Sequence record: SRR2962707_440
Reading direction: 5' to 3' (one strand)
Length of the DNA stretch: 64,000 bases
In this document: positions 21,564-32,159 of the stretch, one piece after another
Position numbering within the stretch: the stretch's first letter is position 1
Layout: each line of letters begins with the position of its first letter
Position numbers and translations under genes: made by a program
Notes under the pieces: generated by a model
Told to the model about the DNA's origin: nothing
Databases searched by the model: none
What the model saw: only the letters and a program-made list of their open reading frames with translations

Positions 21564-22547
21564 TTAAACGTCAGCCCAATCACCTGATTCTCCAGAGACA
21601 TAGATTGCATCAATCGCCTTCTGATTTTTCACAGAATCTTCTAGGCTAAAAGCAACGCCTTTACCGGCGACAGCATCAGCAAATGCTTCGATCTGCAGCT
21701 GATATTGATCAAGGCCTGTGTAGCGGAATACTTCTGTATGATCGTGCCCAGCATTGTGCAAACGCATTTCATCGCCTTCATAGAGGTTTGAATTGAACGG
21801 TGCCGTCAGTTCAATAAAACCCTTATCGCCATGAAAGGCGATGTGTTGGCGATCGGCCATTTGCGTCGAAATATAAAATGTCTGCTCAAAAGAACCGTAA
21901 TCGGCGCGCACGCTTGCATAATAATCCGTGCCAAATTTTTCATCAAATTTGACGATTGACTGAATTTTTACTGGCTCTACGCCGGTCGCAAAACGGGTAA
22001 CAACCGTTGGGTAAACACCAATATCTGGAATAACGCCGCCGCCAAGTTCTAGCTTGTTGCGCATATTGTTTGGATCGACATTAAAATAAGTAAAGGCAGC
22101 ATCGACTTGCTTTAGCGTACCAATGGCACCGGAAGCGATGAGTTCTTTTACCTTTAGCCATTGCGGGTGATAGGTCACCATAAATGCTTCAGAAACAAGA
22201 ACGTCATTGCGGTCACGCGCGGCAATCACATCGGCAATTTGCGAAGCCTTAAGCGCAAGCGGTTTTTCGACCAAAACATGTTTGCCAGCATCAGCCGCTT
22301 TAATAGCCCATTCCACATGCAAATCAGTCGTCAACGGAATATAAACGCCGTCAATCACATCAGACGCGAGCATTTCTTCATAAGAGCCAAAAGCATGGGG
22401 CGCACCAAAGGCGCGGGCCATGTTTTCAGCTTTTGCAACGCTGCGGCTAGCAATCGCGCTTAGTATGCTGTTGTTTGCTTTGCAAATAGCAGGTACCACG
22501 TGCTCGCGGCCAATATTTGCAGTCGACATTACTCCCCAACGAAACAT
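21564..22547 (-). CDS. Gfo/Idh/MocA oxidoreductase
   Basis: RWGVMSTANI, AGKHVLVEKP, EAFM, GGGVIPDIGVY. Confidence 0.9.
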   Translation of the reverse strand: MFRWGVMSTANIGREHVVPAICKANNSILSAIASRSVAKAENMARAFGAPHAFGSYEEMLASDVIDGVYIPLTTDLHVEWAIKAADAGKHVLVEKPLALKASQIADVIAARDRNDVLVSEAFMVTYHPQWLKVKELIASGAIGTLKQVDAAFTYFNVDPNNMRNKLELGGGVIPDIGVYPTVVTRFATGVEPVKIQSIVKFDEKFGTDYYASVRADYGSFEQTFYISTQMADRQHIAFHGDKGFIELTAPFNSNLYEGDEMRLHNAGHDHTEVFRYTGLDQYQLQIEAFADAVAGKGVAFSLEDSVKNQKAIDAIYVSGESGDWADV

Positions 22548-22568
22548 AATCTTCTCCCCTATTAATCT

Positions 22569-24974
22569 TTAGGCCCGCAATGAGCCGCCTGTTGTTTTTT
22601 GAACATTGGCAACGATTTTCGCCATTAATGCATCAAGATCTTCATCATTCAAAGTGCGATCCATTGGCTGGATCGATACTTCCAACGCCACCGACTTTTT
22701 GCCCTCACCCAAGGATGGGCCCTCAAACAAGTCAAACACTTTCACACCGGTGATAAGTTGCTTATCGGCACCACTTGCAGCGCGCAGAATTGTCGCTGCA
22801 GCTACATCTGTATCAACAACAAACGCAAAATCGCGCTTAAGCATTTGGAATTGCGAAAGCATCATAGCCGGTTTTGTTTTTGTGGCTTTTTTCTTCGGCT
22901 CTGGCAGCGCGTCAATGTAGATTTCAAAGCCGCATAGCGGACCTTTAACATCCAGCAAATCAAGCGTGCGCGGATGGAACTCACCAAAATGACCGATGAT
23001 GACCTTTGGCCCAAGCTTAATAACGCCAGAGCGGCCTGGATGATAATAATCAGGGGCTGCAGCTTCGATCTGCAGATTGGCAGTGGCAAGGCCGCAAGCT
23101 TCCAAAACGGCAAAGGCATCGGCTTTTGCATCAAACACACCAACAGGTGCAGCATTGCCTGACCAATCGCGGCCAGAACCTGTTAGGCCCGCAGAGCCGC
23201 GGCGAATACCAGAAGCAACACGGCGCTGGCCTTCGGGTGTGTCATTTTCGTAAATGCCGGAGACTTCAAACAGAGCAACATCGGCGATACCGCGGTCAAC
23301 ATTGCGACCGGCAGCGGCAATCAAACCTGGCAATAGGCTTGGACGCATATCGCTCATATCCGCTGCAATCGGGTTTGAAAGACGCAAGGTTTCTGCGCCG
23401 CCGCCAAAGGCTTTGGCTTGGTCTTCCGAAATGAACGACCAATTGACCGCTTCTAGCATTCCACGTGATGCTAGAGCACGTTTTGCAAGACGTGTACGAA
23501 TTTGCAAACGCGTGAGAATTGCGCCGGGCACGCCTTCGATACGCGGCAATGGCTGTGGTTCGATATTATTAACACCGTAGACCCGCATCACTTCTTCAAC
23601 CAAGTCGGCTTTGCCTTCGACATCTGGACGCCATGATGGCACCGACACGCTGGCGCTGTCGCCCTTAGCTGATACGCCAAAACCAAGGCTTTCCAATATC
23701 TGGGTAGAACGTGCGGCTTCAACATCAACGCCGATGAGGCGTTTGACTTCAGAAAATGGAAACTCGACGATTCTTCTTTCAGGTAAATCATAGCCGGTAA
23801 CTTGCACTTCGCTCGCGCTACCGCCGCACATATCAAGCACCATTTGCGTTGCCAAATGAACGCCGTCGACCATGAATTCAGGGTCCACGCCGCGTTCAAA
23901 GCGATAACGCGCATCGGTGATGATGCCCAAATTACGGCCTGTTTTTGCGATGTTGATCGGGTTCCAAAGCGCAGATTCAATCAGCACATCGGTTGTGTTT
24001 TCATCACAGCCAGATAGCTCACCGCCCATAATACCAGCGATTGATTCGGGTCCGTTATCATCGGCAATGATGCAATTTTCGCTGTTAAGCGCATATTCCT
24101 TGCCATCAAGACCGAGGATTTTCTCGCCCTCACTGGCGCGGCGAACAACCAGATTGCCTGCCACTTTTGACGCATCGAACACATGAAGCGGACGACCACG
24201 ATCAAAAGTCAGATAGTTCGTCATATCAACAAGCGCATTGATTGGGCGAAGGCCAATCGCTAGCAAACGCTGCTGCATCCATTTCGGTGATGCGCCGTTT
24301 TTAACGCCTTTCACAAGCGTCAGCGCGAAACCCGGACATAGTTCAGGCTCTTCAATTACGACAGTAACAGGACATGCGCCATCGCCTTTAACCGGCGCGA
24401 CGGCTGGTGTTTTTAATGTGCCAAGGCCAGAGGCTGCAAGATCGCGGGCGATGCCTGAAACACCTGTGCAATCGGGGCGGTTTGGCGTTAGGCCAACGTC
24501 GATAATCGGATCATCCAATTTCGCATAGGCGGCAAACGACGTACCGACTGGCGCATTTTCAGGCAATTCAATAATGCCATTATGGTCCTCAGACATGAGA
24601 AGCTCACGCTCTGAACACATCATGCCCAAGCTATCTACGCCGCGAATATTGCCTTTGCCAAGGGTCACATCAAGGCCCGGTATATAGGTGCCAGGACCAG
24701 CAAAAGCGCCGATCAATCCGGCCCGAGCATTGGGCGCACCGCAGACAACTTGCACCGGTTTACCGTCACCAATATCAACGGATAGCACCTGCAATTTATC
24801 AGCATCAGGATGTTTTTCAGCGCTCAGCACTTTGGCGATGGTAAAGGGCGCATATTGCGATTTATCATCCACATCATCGACCTCAAGGCCAAGCGATGTG
24901 AGTCGCTCGACAATGACGTCTAGCGTTGCGTCTGTTTCCAAATGATCTTTGAGCCAAGAGAGTGTGAATTTCAT
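22569..24974 (-). CDS. pheT: Phenylalanine-tRNA ligase beta subunit
   Basis: [42 protein letters not shown]. Confidence 0.98.
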   Translation of the reverse strand: MKFTLSWLKDHLETDATLDVIVERLTSLGLEVDDVDDKSQYAPFTIAKVLSAEKHPDADKLQVLSVDIGDGKPVQVVCGAPNARAGLIGAFAGPGTYIPGLDVTLGKGNIRGVDSLGMMCSERELLMSEDHNGIIELPENAPVGTSFAAYAKLDDPIIDVGLTPNRPDCTGVSGIARDLAASGLGTLKTPAVAPVKGDGACPVTVVIEEPELCPGFALTLVKGVKNGASPKWMQQRLLAIGLRPINALVDMTNYLTFDRGRPLHVFDASKVAGNLVVRRASEGEKILGLDGKEYALNSENCIIADDNGPESIAGIMGGELSGCDENTTDVLIESALWNPINIAKTGRNLGIITDARYRFERGVDPEFMVDGVHLATQMVLDMCGGSASEVQVTGYDLPERRIVEFPFSEVKRLIGVDVEAARSTQILESLGFGVSAKGDSASVSVPSWRPDVEGKADLVEEVMRVYGVNNIEPQPLPRIEGVPGAILTRLQIRTRLAKRALASRGMLEAVNWSFISEDQAKAFGGGAETLRLSNPIAADMSDMRPSLLPGLIAAAGRNVDRGIADVALFEVSGIYENDTPEGQRRVASGIRRGSAGLTGSGRDWSGNAAPVGVFDAKADAFAVLEACGLATANLQIEAAAPDYYHPGRSGVIKLGPKVIIGHFGEFHPRTLDLLDVKGPLCGFEIYIDALPEPKKKATKTKPAMMLSQFQMLKRDFAFVVDTDVAAATILRAASGADKQLITGVKVFDLFEGPSLGEGKKSVALEVSIQPMDRTLNDEDLDALMAKIVANVQKTTGGSLRA

Positions 24975-25483
24975 TATCTCGGTGCTTTCGTCTTCGTCGT
25001 TTTGGCTTTCGCCTTGGTTTTCGTATTTTTTAAGTTTGCTTTGCCGCGATTGGCAAGCTGGTCGAAAATCACAAAGCCGATTTGGCTTGCGTCTTCTTCT
25101 GGCTTTGCATCCTCTAAGCTGCGTTTTGTAATTGTGAGCGCCAAAAGGCTGGCGTGAATGATATGCGCGACCGGTTGTTTGCTTTCCAGCAACAAGCCTT
25201 CAATGCGCAACATATCGCCATCGCCAGCAAATAGGCCCATCACAACCATCGGCCCTACGCTGGACATAGTCACAATCTCAAGCTGCTCTTTTTCGCCGTC
25301 GAGCGTCGATTGCAATTCAAAAATCTGCTTAGCAACGGCCTGTGCCGCCTCTTCTGCAATATTCTCACAGGAGGCTTTGTTCCATTCATCCTTAGACGGC
25401 GCAACACGGTCACCGGTGCGAAGCTCGGCGGCCATATGGGCATAATTGCCCTTTAACAATGCGGCATCAGAATAGTCAGACAT
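24974..25483 (-). CDS. Hypothetical protein between pheS and pheT, possibly DUF6173-like, with Lys/Thr/Ala-rich tail
   Basis: 169-aa ORF exactly filling the pheS-pheT gap with TAATG stop/start overlaps at both ends. Confidence 0.8.
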   Translation of the reverse strand: MSDYSDAALLKGNYAHMAAELRTGDRVAPSKDEWNKASCENIAEEAAQAVAKQIFELQSTLDGEKEQLEIVTMSSVGPMVVMGLFAGDGDMLRIEGLLLESKQPVAHIIHASLLALTITKRSLEDAKPEEDASQIGFVIFDQLANRGKANLKNTKTKAKAKTTKTKAPR

Positions 25484-26577
25484 TAGGTTAGTCCACCAAA
25501 GAGCGTTGGCATATCGAGTGGGCGGAAACCATAATGGTTGATCCAGCGCACATCGGCGTCAAAGAAAGCGCGAAGATCCGGCATGCCATATTTAAGCATC
25601 GCAATACGGTCGATACCAATGCCCCATGCAAAGCCCTGATAAACATCGGGATCAAGACCGCCAGCGCGCAGCACATTCGGGTTGACCATGCCGCAACCTA
25701 GAATTTCCAGCCAATCATTGCCTTCACCAAAGCGCACTTCACCTGGTTTTGAACGGTCACACTGAATATCAACTTCAAGCGATGGCTCAGTGAACGGGAA
25801 GTAAGAGGGACGGAAGCGCATATTGATCGATGGCACTTCAAAGAAGGCTTTGCAGAACTCTTCAAGCGTCCATTTCAAATGGGCAATCGTCGTCGATTTG
25901 TCGATCACCAAGCCTTCAAGTTGATGGAACATCGGCGTATGGGTTGGGTCGCTGTCCTGACGGTAGGTTTTGCCCGGAATGACGATGCGGATTGGCGGCT
26001 CCTGCGCCTCCATCGTGTGGATTTGCACAGGCGATGTGTGGGTGCGCAGTACTTTGCGCTCACCATTTGCATCGGGATTAAAGAAGAATGTGTCGTGCAT
26101 TTCACGCGCAGGATGGCCATCAGGAAAGTTCAGCGCGGTGAAGTTATAATAATCTGTCTCAACATCGGGACCTTCGGCAATGGAAAAGTCCATATCGGCG
26201 AATATAGCCGTGATCTCATCGATTACCTGCGAAATAGGATGGATACGACCAACCTCGGCAGGGGACGGGCGGACCGGCAACGTCACATCGACTTTTTCTG
26301 AGGCAAGACGTGCATCGATCGCTGCATCGTAGAGTTCTTTTTTGCGCGCATTGATCGCGTCTGTCACACGCACTTTCAAACCATTGAGCGCAGGGCCCAT
26401 GGTCTGGCGCTGATCGGCGTCCATTTTGCCAAGCGATTTCATTAGCTCGGACACAGAACCTTTTTTGCCAATTGCGGCGATGCGCACCGCTTCGATGGCC
26501 TCTTCGTTGCCAGCAGCAGCAATATCGGCTGCCAAATTGGTTTCCAATGTTTCAAGCTCTTGCATTTTATCGGTCAT
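25483..26577 (-). CDS. pheS: Phenylalanine-tRNA ligase alpha subunit
   Basis: [48 protein letters not shown]. Confidence 0.98.
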   Translation of the reverse strand: MTDKMQELETLETNLAADIAAAGNEEAIEAVRIAAIGKKGSVSELMKSLGKMDADQRQTMGPALNGLKVRVTDAINARKKELYDAAIDARLASEKVDVTLPVRPSPAEVGRIHPISQVIDEITAIFADMDFSIAEGPDVETDYYNFTALNFPDGHPAREMHDTFFFNPDANGERKVLRTHTSPVQIHTMEAQEPPIRIVIPGKTYRQDSDPTHTPMFHQLEGLVIDKSTTIAHLKWTLEEFCKAFFEVPSINMRFRPSYFPFTEPSLEVDIQCDRSKPGEVRFGEGNDWLEILGCGMVNPNVLRAGGLDPDVYQGFAWGIGIDRIAMLKYGMPDLRAFFDADVRWINHYGFRPLDMPTLFGGLT

Positions 26578-26636
26578 CTTAAATCCGGCAGTGAGTTATG
26601 TGAATTCTGGTTCTTTGTATTCGACGTTTTTGTCAA

Positions 26637-26672
26637 AACAAAAACCCGCGTCTGGGCCAGCCAGCGCGGGTT
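26637..26672 (-). terminator. Intrinsic terminator after rplT
   Basis: Minus strand AACCCGCG...CGCGGGTT followed by a T-rich tail. Confidence 0.7.
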
Positions 26673-26704
26673 CTCAAAAGTTTAGAGTTTGAGAGCGCGT
26701 CGGC

Positions 26705-27106
26705 TTAACGGACAGCGCTTTCAAAAGCGTTTGGAGTTGTGTCTTTCAAGTAAGCTAGGTTTACTTTTGACTGATCAACCAATTTCGCAAATGCTTCTGG
26801 TTCATGGATCGCCATGTCAGACATTACTTTACGGTCAAGCTCGATGCCAGCTTTCGCCAAGCCATCGATGAAACGACCATATGTCAAACCATGTTCGCGA
26901 ACAGCAGCGTTGATACGCTGAATCCACAATGAGCGGAAATTACGTTTCCGGACTTTACGGTCGCGGTATGCGTATTGATCGGCTTTTTCAACTGCCTGCT
27001 TAGCAATACGGATCGTATTCTTACGACGACCCATAAAGCCTTTAGCGGCTTTGATTACTTTTTTGTGTTTGGCGTGGGCTGTAACGCCGCGTTTTACACG
27101 TGCCAT
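26705..27106 (-). CDS. rplT: 50S ribosomal protein L20
   Basis: [27 protein letters not shown]. Confidence 0.98.
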   Translation of the reverse strand: MARVKRGVTAHAKHKKVIKAAKGFMGRRKNTIRIAKQAVEKADQYAYRDRKVRKRNFRSLWIQRINAAVREHGLTYGRFIDGLAKAGIELDRKVMSDMAIHEPEAFAKLVDQSKVNLAYLKDTTPNAFESAVR

Positions 27107-27129
27107 ATTATTATTCCTTCAAATTTCGG

Positions 27130-27330
27130 TTACAGGCCGTATGGAGCCATTTTTTTGATGATTTTCTGGTCTGGCTCAGCAAGAACCATTGTACCGCGAG
27201 CGTTACGAATGAACTTGTTAGACCGTTTGATCATGCCGTGACGTTTACCTGCTTGCGCAGCCATAACTTTGCCGTTGGCCGAAATTTTAAAACGCTTCTT
27301 TACAGAAGACTTTGTCTTCATCTTGGGCAT
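27130..27330 (-). CDS. rpmI: 50S ribosomal protein L35
   Basis: [25 protein letters not shown] upstream. Confidence 0.97.
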   Translation of the reverse strand: MPKMKTKSSVKKRFKISANGKVMAAQAGKRHGMIKRSNKFIRNARGTMVLAEPDQKIIKKMAPYGL

Positions 27331-27489
27331 TTTGCTCTCCATTGTTGTTGTGGTGCTTAGCAATTCTAAAAGAATTGTCTCGATGATGAGATCGAAAACG
27401 GCACCTTTTGGCATTCATGAACTGACACGGCATGCCCTGCCGGACTGTTCGGGACGGCGTCAGATAGACCCGCTGGCCTTATTATGCAA
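27331..27489 (-). promoter_or_regulatory. rpmI promoter and structured 5' leader (candidate ribosomal-protein leader)
   Basis: TTGCAT-N17-TATCTG, then GAAC..CGGCA-GGGCA-TGCCG..GTTC stem-loop and CAATTCT-N3-AGAATTG hairpin. Confidence 0.45.
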
Positions 27490-27582
27490 CTAAAAACCGC
27501 ATATTTTCTCACAAATTGGTCCAGACGGGCATTATTATGCGAAAACGGGCATATATTTGATGCTAACAGCAGAGGCGACGCT

Positions 27583-28662
27583 ATGAATACAAGTCCAAAA
27601 GTACTTATCGTTGGCGCTGGACCAACTGGCTTAAGCGCAGGCGTTGAACTCGCCAGACGCGGCATTCATGCCACAATTGCGGAGCGCCGTGAAGAATCAT
27701 CCGGCTTTTCGCGGGCAGTTGGCATCATCCCGCATACATTAGACTTGCTAGATAAGTCGGGAGTTTCCGCGCATCTCATTGAAGAAGGCATACAACTCAC
27801 CGGTTTCAATGTTTTAGACCACACAAAACCGGTGTTATCGCTGCCCATACCAATTGGGCCTGATCGTGATGGCATGGGAACTATTGTTCTATTGCCGCAG
27901 GATCGCACCGAAGCCCATTTGCGCAATGCATTTCAATCCTTTGGCGGTGAATTGCGCATGGGACTAGCGCTCAAAAATCTCATCCAAAATGATGACGACG
28001 TGACGGCTGAATTTGCTGATGGCACAAAACAAACCTTTGATTATGTGCTGGGTGCAGATGGCGTGCGCAGCACAGTCCGGCAAATCGCCGACATACCCTA
28101 TGAAGGGTTTGACCTGCCAGAAGATTGGTCTATCGCAGATGCTTACCTACAAGATTGGCCCTACCCAACGCATTTCGTGATTTTTAGGATGGACGCTAAT
28201 CGCGTTGTCATATGCGCGCCGATGGCGCCTAACCGTGTTCGCTTTATATCTAATACAGCTGACGCATTGGCCTTATTACCGGTGAAACCGACCATTACGA
28301 AATTGCGGCGCTCGGGCACTTTCAAGATATCGATCAGGCAAGCACCTTATTATAATAAAGGTCGCATATATATTTCCGGTGATGCTGCCCATTCCCACTC
28401 ACCTGTCGGCGGGCGCGGAATGAATCTGGGCATCGCTGACGCATGTGAGTTTGCACAGCGCCTTAGCGAAGGTTCGCTCGATGGCTATAGCGAAAGCCGT
28501 CACGCGGAAGGCAAAACAATCATTAATGGCAGTGAAAGAGCACGCAAATTTATAATGAACCCGAGCCCGCTGGTGCGATTTCTCTTCATTTCAATCGCGC
28601 GCTTTGCAAATTTATTTCCAAAGACTGTCTCGAAAGCCATACGCCGCGCTATTTTGAGCTAA
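27583..28662 (+). CDS. FAD-dependent monooxygenase (class A aromatic hydroxylase, PheA/TfdB-like)
   Basis: GAGPTG, GADGVRS, GDAAHSHSPVGGRGMNLGIADA. Confidence 0.9.
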   Translation: MNTSPKVLIVGAGPTGLSAGVELARRGIHATIAERREESSGFSRAVGIIPHTLDLLDKSGVSAHLIEEGIQLTGFNVLDHTKPVLSLPIPIGPDRDGMGTIVLLPQDRTEAHLRNAFQSFGGELRMGLALKNLIQNDDDVTAEFADGTKQTFDYVLGADGVRSTVRQIADIPYEGFDLPEDWSIADAYLQDWPYPTHFVIFRMDANRVVICAPMAPNRVRFISNTADALALLPVKPTITKLRRSGTFKISIRQAPYYNKGRIYISGDAAHSHSPVGGRGMNLGIADACEFAQRLSEGSLDGYSESRHAEGKTIINGSERARKFIMNPSPLVRFLFISIARFANLFPKTVSKAIRRAILS

Positions 28663-28673
28663 TTTTCTTCAAT

Positions 28674-28700
28674 AAAAAAGCGGCCCGAAAGCCGCTTTTC
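28674..28700. terminator. Bidirectional terminator between the monooxygenase and infC
   Basis: AAAAGCGGC-CCGAAA-GCCGCTTTT between convergent genes. Confidence 0.8.
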
Positions 28701-28728
28701 ATTTAATTTCTATGTCCAAAATGACGTT

Positions 28729-29265
28729 TTAGCGCGGTGCTAAAACCATCATCATTTGGCGGCCTTCGAGCTTTGGCTCTGCCTCAACTTTGGAAATTGC
28801 AGCAACATCATCTCTAACGCGCTTTAGCAATTCCATACCGAGCTGTTGGTGCGCCATTTCACGGCCACGGAAACGAAGTGTCACTTTAACCTTATCGCCA
28901 TCTTCAAAGAAGCGATGCACGGCTTTCATTTTCACTTCATAGTCATGCGTGTCGATGTTCGGGCGCATTTTCACCTCTTTAACCTCGACCGTTTTTTGCT
29001 TCTTACGGGCAGCGTTTGCTTTTTTCTGCTGCTCATACTTCAGCTTGCCCAGATCAAGAATCTTGGCGACGGGAGGTTTTGCGTTCGGTGAAATAAGAAC
29101 GAGATCTAGGCCTTCTTCGGCTGCCATTTCCAACGCTCTTACCGTTGGTGTCGGGCCCAAGTGCTCACCTTGAGAGGTGATAAGCTGAACTTCTGAATCT
29201 TGAATTTCGTCGTTGGCCGCTGGGCCTTGTTTTTGAGAGGCTTGTGCTCTGAATGGACGGCGAAT
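28729..29265 (-). CDS. infC: Translation initiation factor IF-3 with ATT start codon
   Basis: [40 protein letters not shown] 9 nt before ATT CGC CGT CCA TTC. Confidence 0.95.
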   Translation of the reverse strand: MRRPFRAQASQKQGPAANDEIQDSEVQLITSQGEHLGPTPTVRALEMAAEEGLDLVLISPNAKPPVAKILDLGKLKYEQQKKANAARKKQKTVEVKEVKMRPNIDTHDYEVKMKAVHRFFEDGDKVKVTLRFRGREMAHQQLGMELLKRVRDDVAAISKVEAEPKLEGRQMMMVLAPR

Positions 29266-29509
29266 GGTCGTAGTCTCCTCGGACAAATTAGTCGAATGGG
29301 TTGCGTTTGATGATTCACGTTTTGCGAGTCATTTTATTAGTCTTTTGCGCTTTTCCAACGCGGCAAAGCGTTCGTCAAGCGTTGCTTCTATAGCATGGCA
29401 ATTCCAATAAATCACCACCAAAAGACAATGTTCCTCTTAGGTCGGCTTGCGCTATGAATAAATCAAGGTTTAATCGGTCCCAAGTTCAAAAAATCTACGG
29501 GAGAGAAAA

Positions 29510-30268
29510 ATGTCAGAGACATCAATTGACGTCAGCGGCATTCGCATTGCCGTAAAACACCGCACGGGCGAAAATACCCCGGGTCTCATGTGGCTTGGCG
29601 GCTATCGATCTGACATGGAAGGCACAAAGGCCATCGAATTAGATGCTTATGCTGCGGCAAAAGGGCTTTCCTGCACGCGCCATGATTATTCCGGTCACGG
29701 CCAATCTGGCGGCGAATTTGTTGAAGGCACAATTTCGACTTGGCTTGCTCAATCACTCGCAGTCTTCGATGAAATGACCAGCGGCCCCACGATCCTTGTT
29801 GGCTCCTCTATGGGCGCATGGATTGCGCTGCGCATGGTTGAAGAACTCAATAAGCGCGGCCAATCAGATAGGGTTGCAGGCTTGCTGCTGCTTGCTCCTG
29901 CGCCTGATTTTACCGTTGAGCTGATGGAACCTCTCCTTTCCGACGCTGAAAAACACGATCTCGAAAACAAGGGATACTTCGAAGAAGAAACGCCCTATGG
30001 CCCTGATCCGAATATTTTTACCAAAGCTTTGCTCGATGATGGGCGATTAAACCGAACAATGACGCACTCAATTGATACGCATTGCCCCGTCCATATCATT
30101 CAAGGCAAACAAGATCCCGATGTGCCTTGGCAACATGCGCAGCGTCTGTTTGAGTTGATGTCAAAAGATGATGCCTCGATTACTTATGTCCAAGATGGTG
30201 ATCACCGTCTATCGCGGCCGCAAGATATCGCGCTGATGAAAACGGTACTTGATGACCTCATCGGCTGA
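29510..30268 (+). CDS. Alpha/beta hydrolase
   Basis: WLGGYRSDM.GTKA, DYSGHG.S, GSSMG nucleophile, DPDVP, GDHRLSR. Confidence 0.9.
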   Translation: MSETSIDVSGIRIAVKHRTGENTPGLMWLGGYRSDMEGTKAIELDAYAAAKGLSCTRHDYSGHGQSGGEFVEGTISTWLAQSLAVFDEMTSGPTILVGSSMGAWIALRMVEELNKRGQSDRVAGLLLLAPAPDFTVELMEPLLSDAEKHDLENKGYFEEETPYGPDPNIFTKALLDDGRLNRTMTHSIDTHCPVHIIQGKQDPDVPWQHAQRLFELMSKDDASITYVQDGDHRLSRPQDIALMKTVLDDLIG

Positions 30269-30351
30269 ATTGATCCGGTTACAACATAAGCCTTTAGCTG
30301 CGAATAATCCTCAGTATATGTATGTCGCGGTCTAAAATAGGATTTTACACT

Positions 30352-31491
30352 ATGCGCTTTTCTTCGTTTTCATCTGCTGCGGTCGCGGCCATTATCGGAT
30401 TTGGCGGGACGGTTGCGCTTGTTCTTGCTGCCGCGAAGGCTGTTAACGCAACGCCCGGACAGACCGCAAGCTGGGTAACGGCCATAGCTATGGCGATCGC
30501 GATTGAATCCCTTGTCTTGTGCTGGCGCTATAAAATGCCGATCGTCACAGCTTGGTCCGCCGCAGGTCTTGCTTTGATCGGCGCAAGTGTTGGTTTTGAC
30601 ATTTACCAAGGCGTTGGTGCCTTTATCATTACTGGTATTATGCTGGTGGCGACGGGTCTTTTTCGCCCGATTTCACGGATGGTCGAGCATATTCCAGCGG
30701 GTATCTCTGCCGGTATGCTGGCAGGGGTAATGCTGCCATTTGTTTTGTCAGGCGCAAAATCTGCGGGCCTCGACCTTCAATTAGTCTTGCCTTTAGCGGC
30801 GCTTTATTTTGCCGTTCGCGTGTGGAACCCGTCCATGGCGGTCGTCGCTGTTCTCGTTGCCGGTATCGGCTGGTCGTTTTTCTCCGGTCAAACAACGGCA
30901 GCATTTACCGTTGAATTTTCTCAAGTGGAGTTGGTCTATCCTGAATTCACGCTTGCGGCCTTCTTTGGCCTCGCATTGCCGCTTTATCTGGTCACGATGG
31001 CCTCGCAAAACTTGCCAGGCTTGGCGGTCTTACGCGCCAGTGGCTACCGGCCCCCCGTTGGCCAGCCTATCGCCTTTACCGGATTTGTCTCGATTTTATC
31101 GGCCTTTTTTGGCGCAAGCACGACCAACCTGTCTGCGATTACTGCCGCAATTTGTACTGGCGAAGAAAGCCATCCAGACCCGGCTAAAAGATGGCATGTT
31201 GGTTTTTGGTATGCGGCGTTTTACGGCACGATCTCCATCTTTGGTGCATCGCTCGTGGCTTTGATTTCAATTATGCCAACAGCACTGATCTTATTAGCCA
31301 CAGGCCTTGCTCTTTTGGCACCCCTAGCAAACGCTTTGATGATTGCCGTGGGCGAAGAAGATGAGCGCATCGCTGCTATGGCAACCTTTGCAATCACCGC
31401 TTCTGGCATTGCGTTTTTTGGCGTGGGATCCGCCTTTTGGGGTCTTATGGTGGGGCTAATCGTCTATTATTCAACATCACTAAAGCGCTGA
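30352..31491 (+). CDS. benE: Benzoate/H+ symporter BenE family transporter
   Basis: MPIVTAWS, AMLAG-like segment, VTMASQNLPG, NLSAITAAIC, SAFWGL. Confidence 0.85.
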   Translation: MRFSSFSSAAVAAIIGFGGTVALVLAAAKAVNATPGQTASWVTAIAMAIAIESLVLCWRYKMPIVTAWSAAGLALIGASVGFDIYQGVGAFIITGIMLVATGLFRPISRMVEHIPAGISAGMLAGVMLPFVLSGAKSAGLDLQLVLPLAALYFAVRVWNPSMAVVAVLVAGIGWSFFSGQTTAAFTVEFSQVELVYPEFTLAAFFGLALPLYLVTMASQNLPGLAVLRASGYRPPVGQPIAFTGFVSILSAFFGASTTNLSAITAAICTGEESHPDPAKRWHVGFWYAAFYGTISIFGASLVALISIMPTALILLATGLALLAPLANALMIAVGEEDERIAAMATFAITASGIAFFGVGSAFWGLMVGLIVYYSTSLKR

Positions 31492-31538
31492 TATATAACA
31501 GAATAAATTATTCTGAACACAAATTCGTATTCAATTTT

Positions 31539-31567
31539 ATTGAAAAGCGATTTGCCAATACCCAAAT
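31539..31567 (+). promoter_or_regulatory. Candidate RpoH promoter of the DUF2852 gene
   Basis: ATTGAA-N16-CCCAAAT about 50 nt before the ATG. Confidence 0.5.
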
Positions 31568-31618
31568 ATTAGTCAACGGCGGCAATGGTTGCAGCCTGAT
31601 TTATAGATAGGGTATATA

Positions 31619-32068
31619 ATGACACATTCTGCATTCATTCGCCCCGCTTGGACACCGGCGACAATTGCGTTGATGGTACTCGGCTTTATGCTTTTCTGGC
31701 CGCTTGGTCTTGCCATGCTCGCCTACATTATTTGGGGTGAACGCCTCGAAGGCTTTAAGCGTGACGTCAACAAATCGACGGACGAATTTACATCTCATTT
31801 CCGCAAATGCGGCAAAGGTTTTAGCGCCCGCCCAACAGAGCGCACCGGCAACGTAGCATTTGATGATTGGCGCGATGCCGAACTTGAACGCTTGCATGAG
31901 GAGCGCATGAAACTCGATGAAATGCGCGCTGAGTTCGACGAATATTCGCGTGAACTGCGCCGCGCTAAAGACCAGAGCGAATTTGATCGCTTTATGGCTG
32001 ATCGCAAGGCTGAAAAAACTGACACCAAAAAAGGTAAATCAGTGCCGCGCATTGTCGACGAAGAATAG
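31619..32068 (+). CDS. DUF2852-family protein
   Basis: MVLGF..FWPLGLA.LAY..W, GN.AFD.WR, LRRAKD..EFD.FM. Confidence 0.85.
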   Translation: MTHSAFIRPAWTPATIALMVLGFMLFWPLGLAMLAYIIWGERLEGFKRDVNKSTDEFTSHFRKCGKGFSARPTERTGNVAFDDWRDAELERLHEERMKLDEMRAEFDEYSRELRRAKDQSEFDRFMADRKAEKTDTKKGKSVPRIVDEE

Positions 32069-32090
32069 TATTTTTGCCTTGAATTGATTA

Positions 32091-32123
32091 GCGCTGAGTT
32101 CAGAAATGGGCTCAGCGTTTTTT
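32091..32123 (+). terminator. Intrinsic terminator
   Basis: GCGCTGAGTTCA-GAAA-TGGGCTCAGCGT then T run. Confidence 0.75.
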
Positions 32124-32159
32124 ATGCTTCATTTTTAGAGAATCAGTTAAATTCACCCC

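Noticed and set aside
21564-22547. Gfo/Idh/MocA oxidoreductase as part of the glycosylation cassette
   Set aside because: It is convergent with gtrA and follows pheT in orientation; nothing ties it to nucleotide-sugar synthesis
26578-26704. pheM-type attenuator before pheS
   Set aside because: No Phe-rich leader peptide found; the hairpin is explained as the rplT terminator
29459-29473. CtrA box-like TAAA-N7-TTAA between infC and the hydrolase gene
   Set aside because: One mismatch in an AT-rich gap; likely chance
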